DNA from: Alphaproteobacteria bacterium
GTDB taxonomy: Bacteria > Pseudomonadota > Alphaproteobacteria > SHVP01
Reading direction: 5' to 3'
NCBI GenBank assembly: GCA_038148335.1
Contig: JAYQVF010000004.1
Location: 1-50,364 of the forward strand
Length of the DNA stretch: 50,364 nt
Each line of letters begins with the position of its first letter. Within the stretch, counting starts at the first letter, position 1. Shown here piece after piece: positions 25,951-35,346 of the stretch. The translations under genes and the position numbers were made by a program. Under the pieces are notes generated by a model. The model had not been told where the DNA came from. It ran no database searches and saw only the letters and a list, made by a program, of their open reading frames with translations.

Positions 25951-27534
25951 ATGACGTCATACGACTACATTGTCGTCGGCGCCGGTTCGGCCGGCTGCGT
26001 CATCGCCAACCGCTTGTCGGAAAATCCGGCAAATCGCGTGCTCCTGCTTGAGGCGGGCGGGCGCGACATCAATCCGATGATCCACATCCCGCTGCTGTGC
26101 GGCGTGCTCTATCCCTCGCGGATGAGCAACTGGTCCTACAAGTCGGAACCCGATCCGAACCTGAACGGCCGCGAAATTCCGGTGCCTCGCGGCAAGACCC
26201 TGGGCGGCTCGTCCTCGATCAACGGCATGGTCTACATCCGCGGGCATGCACGGGACTACGACATCTGGCGGCAACTGGGATGCGAGGGCTGGTCCTATCA
26301 GGACGTGTTGCCCTATTTCCGGAAGTCCGAAAGCCACCTCGACCGGAGCGACGACTTCCATGGGGCCGGCGGACCGTTGCGGGTGACGCGCGGCAAGCTC
26401 GAAAACCCGCTGTTCGACGCCTTCATCGCGGCGGGCCAGGCCGCCGGCTATCCGTTCACCGACGACTTCAACGGCGCCCAGCAGGAAGGCTTCGGTCGCT
26501 ACGATTTCACGATCGCCAAAGGCCGCCGCCAAAGCACCGCGGTCGCGTTTCTCAAGCCGGCGCGGGGCCGCGCCAACCTCGACATCGTCACCGATGCGCA
26601 TACCACCCGCGTTCTCTTTGAGGGGAGGCGCGCGGTCGGTGTCGAATACGAGCGCGCCGGCGAGCGGATAGGGGCGAGAGCGAATGCCGAAGTCGTCCTC
26701 AGTGCCGGCGCGATCAACTCGCCCGTCATCCTGCAGATGTCCGGCATCGGTCGTGCGCAGGATCTTTCGGCGATCGGCGTCCCGGTCCTGGCCGAGAGCA
26801 AGGGCGTCGGGCAGAACCTGCAGGACCACGTCACGGCCTATGTGCAGCATCTGTGCACCCAGCCCGTCACCTTTCGCAGCATGTTTCGGCCCCACGTCGC
26901 GCCGCTCGCGCTGTTGCAGGCGGCGCTGTTCGGTACCGGGCCGGCCGCGGCGTTTCCGCTGGAGGGTGGCGGGTTTGTCAAGACGCGGCCGGAACTCGAA
27001 ATGCCCGACGTGCAGTTCCATTTCCTGCCTGGCTTGGGGCCGGAAAGCGGCGGCCTCCATACGCACGGCTTCTTCTCGAACATCTGCTGTCTGCGACCGG
27101 AAAGCCGCGGCTGGGTTCGGGCCCGGTCGACCGACCCGGCGGCGCCGCCGGCGATTCACACCAACTTCCTGTCCGTACCGAATGACATCCGCACCATCCG
27201 TGACGGGGTAAAGATCCTGCGGAAGGTCTTCGCCCAGAAGGAATTCGATGCCCTCCGCGGCGCCGAGAAGAGTCCCGGTCCGAACGTCCAGTCCGACGAT
27301 GAAATCGATGCCTGGATTCGCGACACCGCGGAAACGATCTACCACCCGGTGGGGACCTGCAAGATGGGCACTGACGATCTCGCCGTCGTCGACCCGCAAT
27401 TGAGGGTCCGGGGCGTCGCGGGCCTGCGGGTGGCCGACGCGTCGATCATGCCGACGCTGGTCGGCGGCAACACCAACGCACCGTCGATCATGATCGGCGA
27501 AAAAGCCAGTAACCTGATCCTCGCCAGCGCCTGA
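25951..27534 (+). CDS. GMC oxidoreductase (choline dehydrogenase-like)
   Basis: GAGSAG, RGKTLGGSSSINGM, G.NLQDH, YHPVGTCKMG, GNTNAP. Confidence 0.93.
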   Translation: MTSYDYIVVGAGSAGCVIANRLSENPANRVLLLEAGGRDINPMIHIPLLCGVLYPSRMSNWSYKSEPDPNLNGREIPVPRGKTLGGSSSINGMVYIRGHARDYDIWRQLGCEGWSYQDVLPYFRKSESHLDRSDDFHGAGGPLRVTRGKLENPLFDAFIAAGQAAGYPFTDDFNGAQQEGFGRYDFTIAKGRRQSTAVAFLKPARGRANLDIVTDAHTTRVLFEGRRAVGVEYERAGERIGARANAEVVLSAGAINSPVILQMSGIGRAQDLSAIGVPVLAESKGVGQNLQDHVTAYVQHLCTQPVTFRSMFRPHVAPLALLQAALFGTGPAAAFPLEGGGFVKTRPELEMPDVQFHFLPGLGPESGGLHTHGFFSNICCLRPESRGWVRARSTDPAAPPAIHTNFLSVPNDIRTIRDGVKILRKVFAQKEFDALRGAEKSPGPNVQSDDEIDAWIRDTAETIYHPVGTCKMGTDDLAVVDPQLRVRGVAGLRVADASIMPTLVGGNTNAPSIMIGEKASNLILASA

Positions 27535-27541
27535 TGCGTCT

Positions 27542-27570
27542 ATGACGCGCTCGGCGTTCCCCCCTATAAT
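27542..27570 (+). promoter_or_regulatory. internal sigma70 promoter upstream of the HapK-like gene
   Basis: ATGACG-N17-TATAAT, then GGAGG SD. Confidence 0.55.
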
Positions 27571-27616
27571 CGCGGCAATGACGATACGGGGCTGAACCCC
27601 AGGGGGAGGAAACACG

Positions 27617-28105
27617 ATGGCGCTCAAGAAAAAGAAGACAGCGAAACCGAAGTCTCGGAAGCCTGCCGCAACGGCGAAGGCAAAGAAGAAGGCGGTCCGG
27701 GCCAAGAAACCAGCCGGGAAAAAGCCGGCGGCCAAGAAGGCAGGCGGCAAGAAGAAGGCCGCGCACAAAAAGGTCTCAGGCGGCAAGGCACGTACGCTCA
27801 TCGTGTTGTTCAACCTGCGCAAGGGTGTGAGTGCCGCGGCCTACGAGAAGTGGGCGCGCCAGACCGACATTCCGGTCGCTGGCGGGCTCAAAGCCGTCAA
27901 GGACTTCAAGGTCTATCGCGCCGAAGGAATCTTCGGTTCGGCTGCGACGCCGCCGTACAAGTACTTCGAGATTCTGCATGTCACGGGGCTCGACGCTCTG
28001 GTCAGCGACATCGGCAAGGAACCGCGTATGAAGAACGTCGCGGCGTCGTTCCAGAAATTTGCCGACAACCCGATCTTCATCGTTACCGAGAAGTTCGCAG
28101 GCTAG
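27617..28105 (+). CDS. REDY/HapK-like (EthD-fold) protein with N-terminal histone-H1-like Lys/Ala extension
   Basis: About 55-aa KKPAAKK-type tail, then IVLFNL..GV....YE.WA...D.P and PPY.Y.EI. Confidence 0.75.
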   Translation: MALKKKKTAKPKSRKPAATAKAKKKAVRAKKPAGKKPAAKKAGGKKKAAHKKVSGGKARTLIVLFNLRKGVSAAAYEKWARQTDIPVAGGLKAVKDFKVYRAEGIFGSAATPPYKYFEILHVTGLDALVSDIGKEPRMKNVAASFQKFADNPIFIVTEKFAG

Positions 28106-28178
28106 CCCTCAACGGGAGCGCGGCGTGCCCAGCTTGGTGGGCCGCCGCTCGCGGTCGCACGTGAGACAAGGAGGACAG

Positions 28179-29012
28179 ATGTACGATCTTTCAGGCAAGG
28201 TTGCGGTCGTGACCGGGGCAGGCCGCCACCGCGGACTCGGTGAGGCCATGGCCAAGCGTCTGGCGGCCGAGGGCGCCAAGGTTGTCGTCACCGATATCGG
28301 CGTTGCCAAGGGGGAGCAGTTCTCCGAAGAGCACGTCGGCACCAGCGGCGAAATGGGCGAAATCGTCGCGGAGATCGAGAAGGCCGGCGGTGCCGCGACC
28401 GCGCAGGTCTGCGACGTCACCGACGAGGCGCAGGTCGAGGCGGCTATCAAGAAGGCTGTCGACACCTATGGCCGGCTCGACATCATGATCAACAATGCCG
28501 GCATCGGCTATCTGATGACCGACATCCTCAATCTGCCGCAGAAGGATTGGGATGCGGTACTGAACGTCAACCTGCGTGGCGTGTTCTTCGGCATCAAGCA
28601 TGCCGCGGCACAGATGATGGCCCAGGGAGAGGGCGGATCGATCATCAATATTGCGTCGCAAGCCGCCAAACGCGGTTTTGCCGGGGCAGCGGCCTACGTG
28701 TCGTCGAAGCACGGGGTGGTCGGCCTGACCCGCACTGCGGCGCTGGAGTTCGGCCCCCACAACATTCGCGTCAATTCGATCTGCCCCAACCACGTGACCA
28801 CGGGTCTTGGCGCCTGGCAGAACGAGCATTTCAGTGCCGCCGGCGGTCAAAGCGAGAATGACTACATGGCGGCCATGCGTTCGCGGATCCCGCTCGGCCG
28901 CGTCGGCCTGACGAGCGACATCGCGGCGATGGCTGCGTTCCTGTGTTCACCGGAGGCGGCCTACGTCACGGGGCAGAATCTGGATGTCTCCGGCGGCGAG
29001 GAAATGCACTAG
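28179..29012 (+). CDS. SDR family oxidoreductase (tandem copy 1)
   Basis: TGAGRHRGLG, NNAG, YVSSKHG; AGGAGG SD. Confidence 0.92.
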   Translation: MYDLSGKVAVVTGAGRHRGLGEAMAKRLAAEGAKVVVTDIGVAKGEQFSEEHVGTSGEMGEIVAEIEKAGGAATAQVCDVTDEAQVEAAIKKAVDTYGRLDIMINNAGIGYLMTDILNLPQKDWDAVLNVNLRGVFFGIKHAAAQMMAQGEGGSIINIASQAAKRGFAGAAAYVSSKHGVVGLTRTAALEFGPHNIRVNSICPNHVTTGLGAWQNEHFSAAGGQSENDYMAAMRSRIPLGRVGLTSDIAAMAAFLCSPEAAYVTGQNLDVSGGEEMH

Positions 29013-29014
29013 CC

Positions 29015-29851
29015 ATGTACGATCTGTCGGGAAAGGTCGCCGTCGTCACCGGTGCGGGACGCCACGGCGGTATCGGCGAGGCCATCGCCAGACGTCTGAT
29101 CGATGAAGGTGCCCGTGTCGTGATGACGGACATCGGAGCGCCCAAGGGTGAGCGCTTCAGTGCCGAACACATCGGTACCGCGCAGGAGCTTCAGTCGATC
29201 GTCGACGATATCAACGCGGGCGGGGATCCGAGAGCCGTCGCGGCGATTTGCGATGTTCGTGACGAAGCCCAGATCGAGGCCGCCGTCGCGAAGGCGGTCG
29301 ATGCCTTCGGGCGTCTCGACATCATGGTGAACAACGCCGGTGTCGGCTACATCATGAACTCCACGCTGAAGCTGACGCAGGCCGACTGGGATGCCGTGCT
29401 TGAGGTCAATCTGCGCGGGGCGTTCTTCGGTATCAAGCATGCGGCCAAACAGATGATCGCCCAGGGCGGCGGCGGACGGATCATCTCGATCGCCTCGCAG
29501 GCGGCGAAGCGCGGTTTTCCCGATCTCGCTGCCTATGTGTCGTCCAAGCACGCCCTCGTCGGTTTGACGAGAACGGCGGCGCTCGAGTTCGGTGCGCATA
29601 ACATCACGGTCAACACCGTGTGCCCGAACCACATCACCACCGGCCTCGGTGCGCGCCAGAACGAGTTCCGCGCGAAATCGCTAGGGATCACGGTTGAGGA
29701 ACTGCTGGCCACCCGCGCCAAGCAGATTCCTCTCGGCCGTGTCGGGCGTACCGGCGACATTGCGGCGATGTGCGCATTTCTGTGTTCGACCGAGGGCGAT
29801 TACATCACCGGGCAAAACCTGGACGTCTCGGGCGGCCAGGAGATGCATTAG
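29015..29851 (+). CDS. SDR family oxidoreductase (tandem copy 2)
   Basis: TGAGRHGGIG, NNAG, YVSSKHA; closely paralogous to the upstream gene. Confidence 0.92.
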   Translation: MYDLSGKVAVVTGAGRHGGIGEAIARRLIDEGARVVMTDIGAPKGERFSAEHIGTAQELQSIVDDINAGGDPRAVAAICDVRDEAQIEAAVAKAVDAFGRLDIMVNNAGVGYIMNSTLKLTQADWDAVLEVNLRGAFFGIKHAAKQMIAQGGGGRIISIASQAAKRGFPDLAAYVSSKHALVGLTRTAALEFGAHNITVNTVCPNHITTGLGARQNEFRAKSLGITVEELLATRAKQIPLGRVGRTGDIAAMCAFLCSTEGDYITGQNLDVSGGQEMH

Positions 29852-29860
29852 GAGGCGACG

Positions 29861-30772
29861 ATGAGCGAGATTCTCCGGGTTCGCGACTACATCAAGCAGA
29901 CGATGCCGCCTGCCGATGCGACACACGTGGAGCTTCGGAAGCTGCGTGACGCAAATGCGGCCAAGCGCCCGATTCCCGACGAGATCACATTCGAGAAGAT
30001 CGATCTGGGCGGTATCCCGACCGAACGTCTGGCGGGCCCCGGTGCCGATGCTTCGCGCGCGATCGTTCATCTTCATGGCGGCGGCTACGTGTTCGGTTCG
30101 CCGCTGACTCACCGGAGCATCGGCGCGTGGCTGGCGAAGGAGTCCGGCGTCCCGGTCTACATGGTCGACTATCGACTGGCGCCCGAGCACCCGTGTCCGG
30201 CGGCCCGGGAAGACTCGGTCGCCGCCTACGATGCGCTGGTGGCCGGGGGCATCGCCCCGGGGCGCATCGCGATCAGCGGCGATTCGGCGGGCGGCGGCCT
30301 CGCCCTGGCGGTGTCCCTGACCCTGGCCGGGCGCGGCGATTCGCAACCCGCGGCCTTGCTGCTGATGTCGCCGTGGACGGACATCAGTTGTTCTTTCGAC
30401 ACCTACGACCTGATGGACGGCGTCGACCCGACCGCGACGCGGGACCGGCTGCTCGGCATGGCAAGGCTGTACGTCGGTGCCGGCGGCGACCTTCGCGGAC
30501 CGATGGAGTCGCCCTGCTTTGCCGATCTCACCGGCATGCCGCCCATGCTGATTCAGGTGGGCGGCAGCGAGGCGATGATGGGCGACGCGATCGCGCTCTA
30601 TGGCCAGGCAAAACGCCACGGCGTACAGGCCGACCTCGAGGTCTGGCCCGAAATGATCCATGTCTGGCACCAGTATACCGACATGCTTGAGGATGCCCGC
30701 AGCGCGCTTGCGCGTGCGGCTGCTTACGCAAAGCGGCACTGGGACGGCGCCGGCACGGCGGCAGCAGAATAG
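29861..30772 (+). CDS. alpha/beta hydrolase, HSL-family esterase
   Basis: HGGGY, DYRLAPEH, GDSAGG, EMIHVW. Confidence 0.92.
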   Translation: MSEILRVRDYIKQTMPPADATHVELRKLRDANAAKRPIPDEITFEKIDLGGIPTERLAGPGADASRAIVHLHGGGYVFGSPLTHRSIGAWLAKESGVPVYMVDYRLAPEHPCPAAREDSVAAYDALVAGGIAPGRIAISGDSAGGGLALAVSLTLAGRGDSQPAALLLMSPWTDISCSFDTYDLMDGVDPTATRDRLLGMARLYVGAGGDLRGPMESPCFADLTGMPPMLIQVGGSEAMMGDAIALYGQAKRHGVQADLEVWPEMIHVWHQYTDMLEDARSALARAAAYAKRHWDGAGTAAAE

Positions 30773-30782
30773 GAGTACGACG

Positions 30783-31649
30783 GTGAGCGACAGAATCATG
30801 AAGTGGCCCGACAATGCCAAGCTCGCATTGTCGGTCGTGGTCAACGTCGAGGAGGGTGCCGAGGGCAGCATTCTCGACGGCGACAAGGGGATGGAGCCGG
30901 TCGACGAACTCGGCGTTTTCGTCAAAGGGCCGCTGCGCAACTTCGGCAACGAGTCGAACTATCGCTACGGTATCAAGGCCGGCTTTCCGCGCGTCGCGCG
31001 CCTCCTCGACAAATACGACATCAAGGCGACGTGGACGGCCTGCGCCCTGGCGGTGGAGCGCGCGCCGCAGATCGGCGACTACATCCGCGACCGCGGGCAC
31101 GAGGCGTGTTCGCACGGCTATCGCTGGCAGGCGCAGCACCGCATGGACGAAGACGCTGAGCGCGAATACATCCGTAAGGCCGTGACGTCGCTCGAAAAGA
31201 CGACCGGCACGCGTCCCTACGGGTGGCTCTCGCGCTACCTGCACACGGAAAACACGCGTCGCCTTCTGGCCGAGGAAGGGTTCACGTATCACATGGATGA
31301 CTTCTCCGACGACATCCCGTTCTGGGAAGTCATCGATGGCAAGCCCATCGTGATCATGCCCTATGCCGTCGATTCCAACGACATGAAGTTCTGGACCGAT
31401 CCGGCACTGACGCCGGATCAGTGGCTCAAGTACGCGACCGATACGTTCGACTGGCTCTATGCCGAGGGCGTCGCCGGCGAGCCGAAAATCATGTCGTTCG
31501 GGCTGCATCTGCGAATCATCGGGCGGCCCGGACGCATCGGCGCCCTAGAGGCCTTCTTCAAGCACGTCCGGGCGCACCGCGACGTCTGGATCACCACGCG
31601 GCACGAAATCGCGCAGTCGTTTGCCCAGCAATTCCCGGCGCCGGTGTGA
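30783..31649 (+). CDS. polysaccharide deacetylase family protein (PuuE allantoinase-like)
   Basis: WP..AKLALSVVVNVEEG, ES.Y.YG..AG..R, HE..SHGYRW, DSNDMKF, GLHLRIIGRPGR; GTG 30783 (alternative ATG 30798). Confidence 0.88.
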   Translation: MSDRIMKWPDNAKLALSVVVNVEEGAEGSILDGDKGMEPVDELGVFVKGPLRNFGNESNYRYGIKAGFPRVARLLDKYDIKATWTACALAVERAPQIGDYIRDRGHEACSHGYRWQAQHRMDEDAEREYIRKAVTSLEKTTGTRPYGWLSRYLHTENTRRLLAEEGFTYHMDDFSDDIPFWEVIDGKPIVIMPYAVDSNDMKFWTDPALTPDQWLKYATDTFDWLYAEGVAGEPKIMSFGLHLRIIGRPGRIGALEAFFKHVRAHRDVWITTRHEIAQSFAQQFPAPV

Positions 31650-32230
31650 ACGCGGTCACCCTGACGACGGCCGGCCAGGCCTACGACCGGTTCGTCGAGG
31701 TCATGGCGGCGGGCATGGCCGCGCCCGGGCCCGAAGAGGCGCTGCGGGTCGTGACCGCCTGCGTTGCTGACCTGCTGGGCGACAAGACGGCTCACCTGAA
31801 GCCGGGTGGCCTCAAGAAGGGCGAGGTTCAGTACGCCGTTTCGGCGGTCGTCATGATCGCGCCTGGGCGGACCCACAATGTCTTCATTGCGCAAAGCGGT
31901 TTCCCGGAAGAACAGCGGCACATGCAAATCGACATCTCTCTGGGGCATCCCGGTCGCGTCGTGCGCGAGCAGAAGGCGCTGCTGCTCGCCAATACCGACG
32001 AACACGCGGATTTCAAACAGATCCTCAAGACCTCGCGGATGGGCTCGTCGATGTATGTCCCGATGTTCTGGCAGGGAGCCATGGTGGGTCAGCTCATTGC
32101 AGGCTCGCAGGCGCGATACAGCTACCGCGAGGTCGATCTGGAACTGATGCTGCGCTTTGCCGACCTCGCCTCGTTGCTGTGGCAGGCGCACCATGGGCCC
32201 GAAAAACTCGCGGAAATCATCGCCTCCTGA
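31646..32230 (+). CDS. stand-alone GAF domain protein
   Basis: GHPG.V......LL.NT, S.MYVPM.WQG..VG.L, Y...D.E.M..FA pattern; GTGA overlap with the upstream gene. Confidence 0.7.
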   Translation: MNAVTLTTAGQAYDRFVEVMAAGMAAPGPEEALRVVTACVADLLGDKTAHLKPGGLKKGEVQYAVSAVVMIAPGRTHNVFIAQSGFPEEQRHMQIDISLGHPGRVVREQKALLLANTDEHADFKQILKTSRMGSSMYVPMFWQGAMVGQLIAGSQARYSYREVDLELMLRFADLASLLWQAHHGPEKLAEIIAS

Positions 32231-32323
32231 CCGCCTAGCGGTGCCCTGCCTGGGCCTGATTGCCACGCTTGGGGGCCTGCGCTAGGTTCCGGCCAAACAA
32301 ATGTCCGGACAGGAGAGGCGCAA

Positions 32324-32845
32324 ATGGTCGTTGTAGCCAGGCAGGTGGGCGAAAACAGGTTTCGTGAGTCGGCGGGACGCTATCTCGAGGACTTCCAGGT
32401 CGGCCACGTCTACGAGCATCGCCCGGGGCGTACGATCACGGAGTCCGACAACACCTGGTTCACGCTTCTGACGATGAACCAGCACCCCCTGCATTTCGAC
32501 AAGGAATTCGCAAAGGAAAGCGAATTCGGCCGGTGCCTGGTTTCCAGCCCTTTGACCGTCGCCATCGTGGTCGGCCAAAGCGTCGCCGATACGTCCTCGA
32601 AGGCGATCGCGAACCTCGGCTGGACCGACATCAAGCTGACAGGCCCGGTTTTCGTGGGCGATACGATCTATTCCGAATCCGAGGTGGTCAATGTGCGCGA
32701 GTCGAAGTCGCGTCCCAACCAAGGTATCGTGACCATTCGCACGACCGGCAAGAACCAGGATGATGCCGTCGTCATCACATTCGAGCGCTCCATGCTCATT
32801 CCCAAGCGCGGGCACGCGGTAGACGACAAATCCAAAAACTACTAG
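32324..32845 (+). CDS. MaoC family dehydratase
   Basis: GRYLEDF.VG, GRTITESDN..F..LTMN.HPLH.D, PVFVGDT. Confidence 0.9.
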   Translation: MVVVARQVGENRFRESAGRYLEDFQVGHVYEHRPGRTITESDNTWFTLLTMNQHPLHFDKEFAKESEFGRCLVSSPLTVAIVVGQSVADTSSKAIANLGWTDIKLTGPVFVGDTIYSESEVVNVRESKSRPNQGIVTIRTTGKNQDDAVVITFERSMLIPKRGHAVDDKSKNY

Positions 32846-32902
32846 GCGGCGTATCCCTGAACGAAGGCCACTAGGCCTGCCGCTCTCTAGACGGAGGAAA
32901 AC

Positions 32903-34081
32903 ATGAGTGTCGCTGAACAGATGGACCAGGAAGGCCTTACCCGGGAAGAAGAGGCGCAGATCTTCGATACGATCGACAAGTGGCTCGAACGCGATGTCCG
33001 CCCGGTCGTCAAGAAGTTCGACCATGCCGACGAATACCCCTATGAAATCGTCGAACAAATGAAGGAAATGGGGCTGTTCGGCGCCATCATCGACCAGAAA
33101 TACGGCGGCCTCGGCATGTCCGCGTCGACCTACGCCAAGGTGGTCATCCGGATCACCGAGGTGTGGATGGCGCTGACGGGCATCTTCAACTCGCACCTGA
33201 TCATGGCCACCCTGGTCCAGCGTTTCGGGACCGAAGAGCAAAAGCAGAAGTTCCTGCCCCGCTTCGTGACCGGCGAACTGCGCGGCGGGCTCGGCCTGAC
33301 CGAACCCAACGCGGGAACCGATCTGCAGGGTATTCGCACGCGTGCCGACAAGAAGGGCGACCATTACGTCATCAACGGCACCAAGACCTGGATCACCAAC
33401 GGGATCGAGGGCACCTGCTACGCGCTCCTCACCAAGACGGATACCCAGGCCAAGCCGGCCCACAAGGGCATGAGCTTTTTCCTGGTAGAGAAGGGTGAAG
33501 GCTTCTCGGTGTCTCGCCGCCTGGAGAAGCTCGGCTACAAATCGCTCGACTCGGCTGAACTGGTCTTCGACAACTTCACGGTGCCGACGGAGAACCTCGT
33601 CGGTGGCAAGGAAGGCCAGGGTTTCTATCAAGCGGCCGGCGGCCTGGAGATCGGCCGCATCAACGTCGCCGCGCGGGGCGTCGGCCTTGCCAGTGCCGCA
33701 CTCAAGGACGCGACCCGCTATTCGCAGCAGCGTGAAACCTTCGGCAAGCCGATTTGCCAGCACCAGGCGATCCAGCTCAAGCTCGGCGATATGGCGACCA
33801 AGGTCGAGGCGGCTCGGCTGCTGGTCGAGAACGCCGCCCAGGCCTATGACCGTGGCGAGCGCTGTGACATGGAAGCGGGTATGGCCAAGTACTTCGCCTC
33901 TGAAACGGCGGTCGAAGTGTCGCTGGAGGCCATGCGCATTCACGGTGGTTACGGCTACTCGAAGGAGTTCGACATCGAGCGCTATTTCCGCGATGCGCCG
34001 CTGATGACGATCGGCGAGGGCACCAACGAGATGCAGCGCATCATCATCGCCAAGCAGCTGATCGCCCGAAACCCGGCCTAG
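32903..34081 (+). CDS. acyl-CoA dehydrogenase
   Basis: LTEPNAGTD, NGTKTWITNG, R.TFGKPI..HQ, HGGYGY, IGEGTNE. Confidence 0.95.
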   Translation: MSVAEQMDQEGLTREEEAQIFDTIDKWLERDVRPVVKKFDHADEYPYEIVEQMKEMGLFGAIIDQKYGGLGMSASTYAKVVIRITEVWMALTGIFNSHLIMATLVQRFGTEEQKQKFLPRFVTGELRGGLGLTEPNAGTDLQGIRTRADKKGDHYVINGTKTWITNGIEGTCYALLTKTDTQAKPAHKGMSFFLVEKGEGFSVSRRLEKLGYKSLDSAELVFDNFTVPTENLVGGKEGQGFYQAAGGLEIGRINVAARGVGLASAALKDATRYSQQRETFGKPICQHQAIQLKLGDMATKVEAARLLVENAAQAYDRGERCDMEAGMAKYFASETAVEVSLEAMRIHGGYGYSKEFDIERYFRDAPLMTIGEGTNEMQRIIIAKQLIARNPA

Positions 34082-34085
34082 GTTC

Positions 34086-34123
34086 AAGACGGGCTCGCGT
34101 TCCGTGAGCCCGTCTTTCATTTT
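34086..34123 (+). terminator. intra-operon terminator/hairpin
   Basis: AAGACGGGCTCGCG-ttc-CGTGAGCCCGTCTT followed by TCATTTT. Confidence 0.7.
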
Positions 34124-34141
34124 CGACCAGGAGTCACAGAC

Positions 34142-35332
34142 ATGAGCCGTCCGCTCGAAGGTGTGCGCATTGTCTCGGTCGAGCACTACGGGGCCGGGCC
34201 GTTCGGGACCGGCCATCTCGCGGCGCTCGGCGCGGACATCATCAAGATCGAGAACCCGCACGCCGGTGGCGACACGTCGCGCCGGGTAACCCCGCACCTG
34301 CTCGGCAAGGGCGACAGCGAGTTCTTCCAGACGCTCAATCAGAGCAAGCGCAGCCTGACGCTCGATCTCAAGCACCCCGACGGCCGCGCGATCCTGGAAA
34401 AGCTGGTCAGGACGGCGGACGGCCTGATGAATAACCTGCGCGGCGATCAGCCGGGAAAGCTGAAGCTCACCTATCAGGACATGAAGGCTCTCAATCCGGC
34501 GATCGTCTGCGCGCACCTTTCGGCCTACGGCCGCGACGGATCGCGCGCCACCTGGCCGGGCTACGACTACCTGATGCAGGCAGAGACCGGCTTCATGACC
34601 CTGACCGGCGAGCCCGAGGGACCGCCGACACGGATGGGCCTGTCGATCGTCGACTGGATGACCGGAACGACCACCGTCCTTGCCCTCGTTTCGGCCATTC
34701 TCAAGGCGCGTGAGACGGGACAGGGTTGCGACATCGACTGCAGCTTGTTCGATACCGCGCTCTATCAGACGACCTATCCGGCCGTATGGAACCTCAATGA
34801 GGGCGAGATCACGACGCGCCTGCCGCGTTCGGCCCACCCCTCGCTGGTGCCGAGCCAGCTCTACACGGCCAAGGACGGTTGGGTCTTCATCATGGGTCTG
34901 ACCCACAAGTTCTGGCAGATCATCTGCGAAAAGACCGGTCGGATGGATCTCTTCGATCATCCCGACTACGTCGATTTTCCCGCCCGCAAGAAGAACATCG
35001 TCGCGCTCAACGAGATTCTCGACTCTGTCTTTGCCGAGAAGACCGTGCAGGCGTGGGTCGACATCTTCGCAGGCCATGTCCCGATCGGGCCGGTTTACGA
35101 CCTCGACGACGCCCTCAAGACGGACTTCGTCAAGGAGCGTGGGATGATTCACGCCTACGACCATCCCGAAAAAGGCAAGCTCAAGGTGATCGCAAGCCCC
35201 ATCAAGATCGACGGCGAACGGATGCTGACGACGCGGGCGCCGCTGCTCGGCGAGAACACCGACGATATCCTGCATGAACTCGGCTATGGCGACGGCGACA
35301 TCGCTGCGCTGCGCGAAAAGAAAGTGGTCTAG
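34142..35332 (+). CDS. family III (CaiB/BaiF) CoA-transferase
   Basis: PLEGVRI, AGPF, GADIIKIE, N.SKRSLTLDLK, GYD..MQA, SIVD (catalytic Asp position). Confidence 0.93.
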   Translation: MSRPLEGVRIVSVEHYGAGPFGTGHLAALGADIIKIENPHAGGDTSRRVTPHLLGKGDSEFFQTLNQSKRSLTLDLKHPDGRAILEKLVRTADGLMNNLRGDQPGKLKLTYQDMKALNPAIVCAHLSAYGRDGSRATWPGYDYLMQAETGFMTLTGEPEGPPTRMGLSIVDWMTGTTTVLALVSAILKARETGQGCDIDCSLFDTALYQTTYPAVWNLNEGEITTRLPRSAHPSLVPSQLYTAKDGWVFIMGLTHKFWQIICEKTGRMDLFDHPDYVDFPARKKNIVALNEILDSVFAEKTVQAWVDIFAGHVPIGPVYDLDDALKTDFVKERGMIHAYDHPEKGKLKVIASPIKIDGERMLTTRAPLLGENTDDILHELGYGDGDIAALREKKVV

Positions 35333-35346
35333 GGGAGGTTCCGACA

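Noticed and set aside
25951-27534. Naming the GMC gene betA
   Set aside because: No betB, betI or choline transporter nearby; the motifs are generic to the GMC family.
21289-31649. AllA-like plus PuuE-like genes as a purine/allantoin degradation pathway
   Set aside because: They are about 9 kb apart, with no uricase, HIU hydrolase, OHCU decarboxylase or allantoicase; family membership alone is insufficient.
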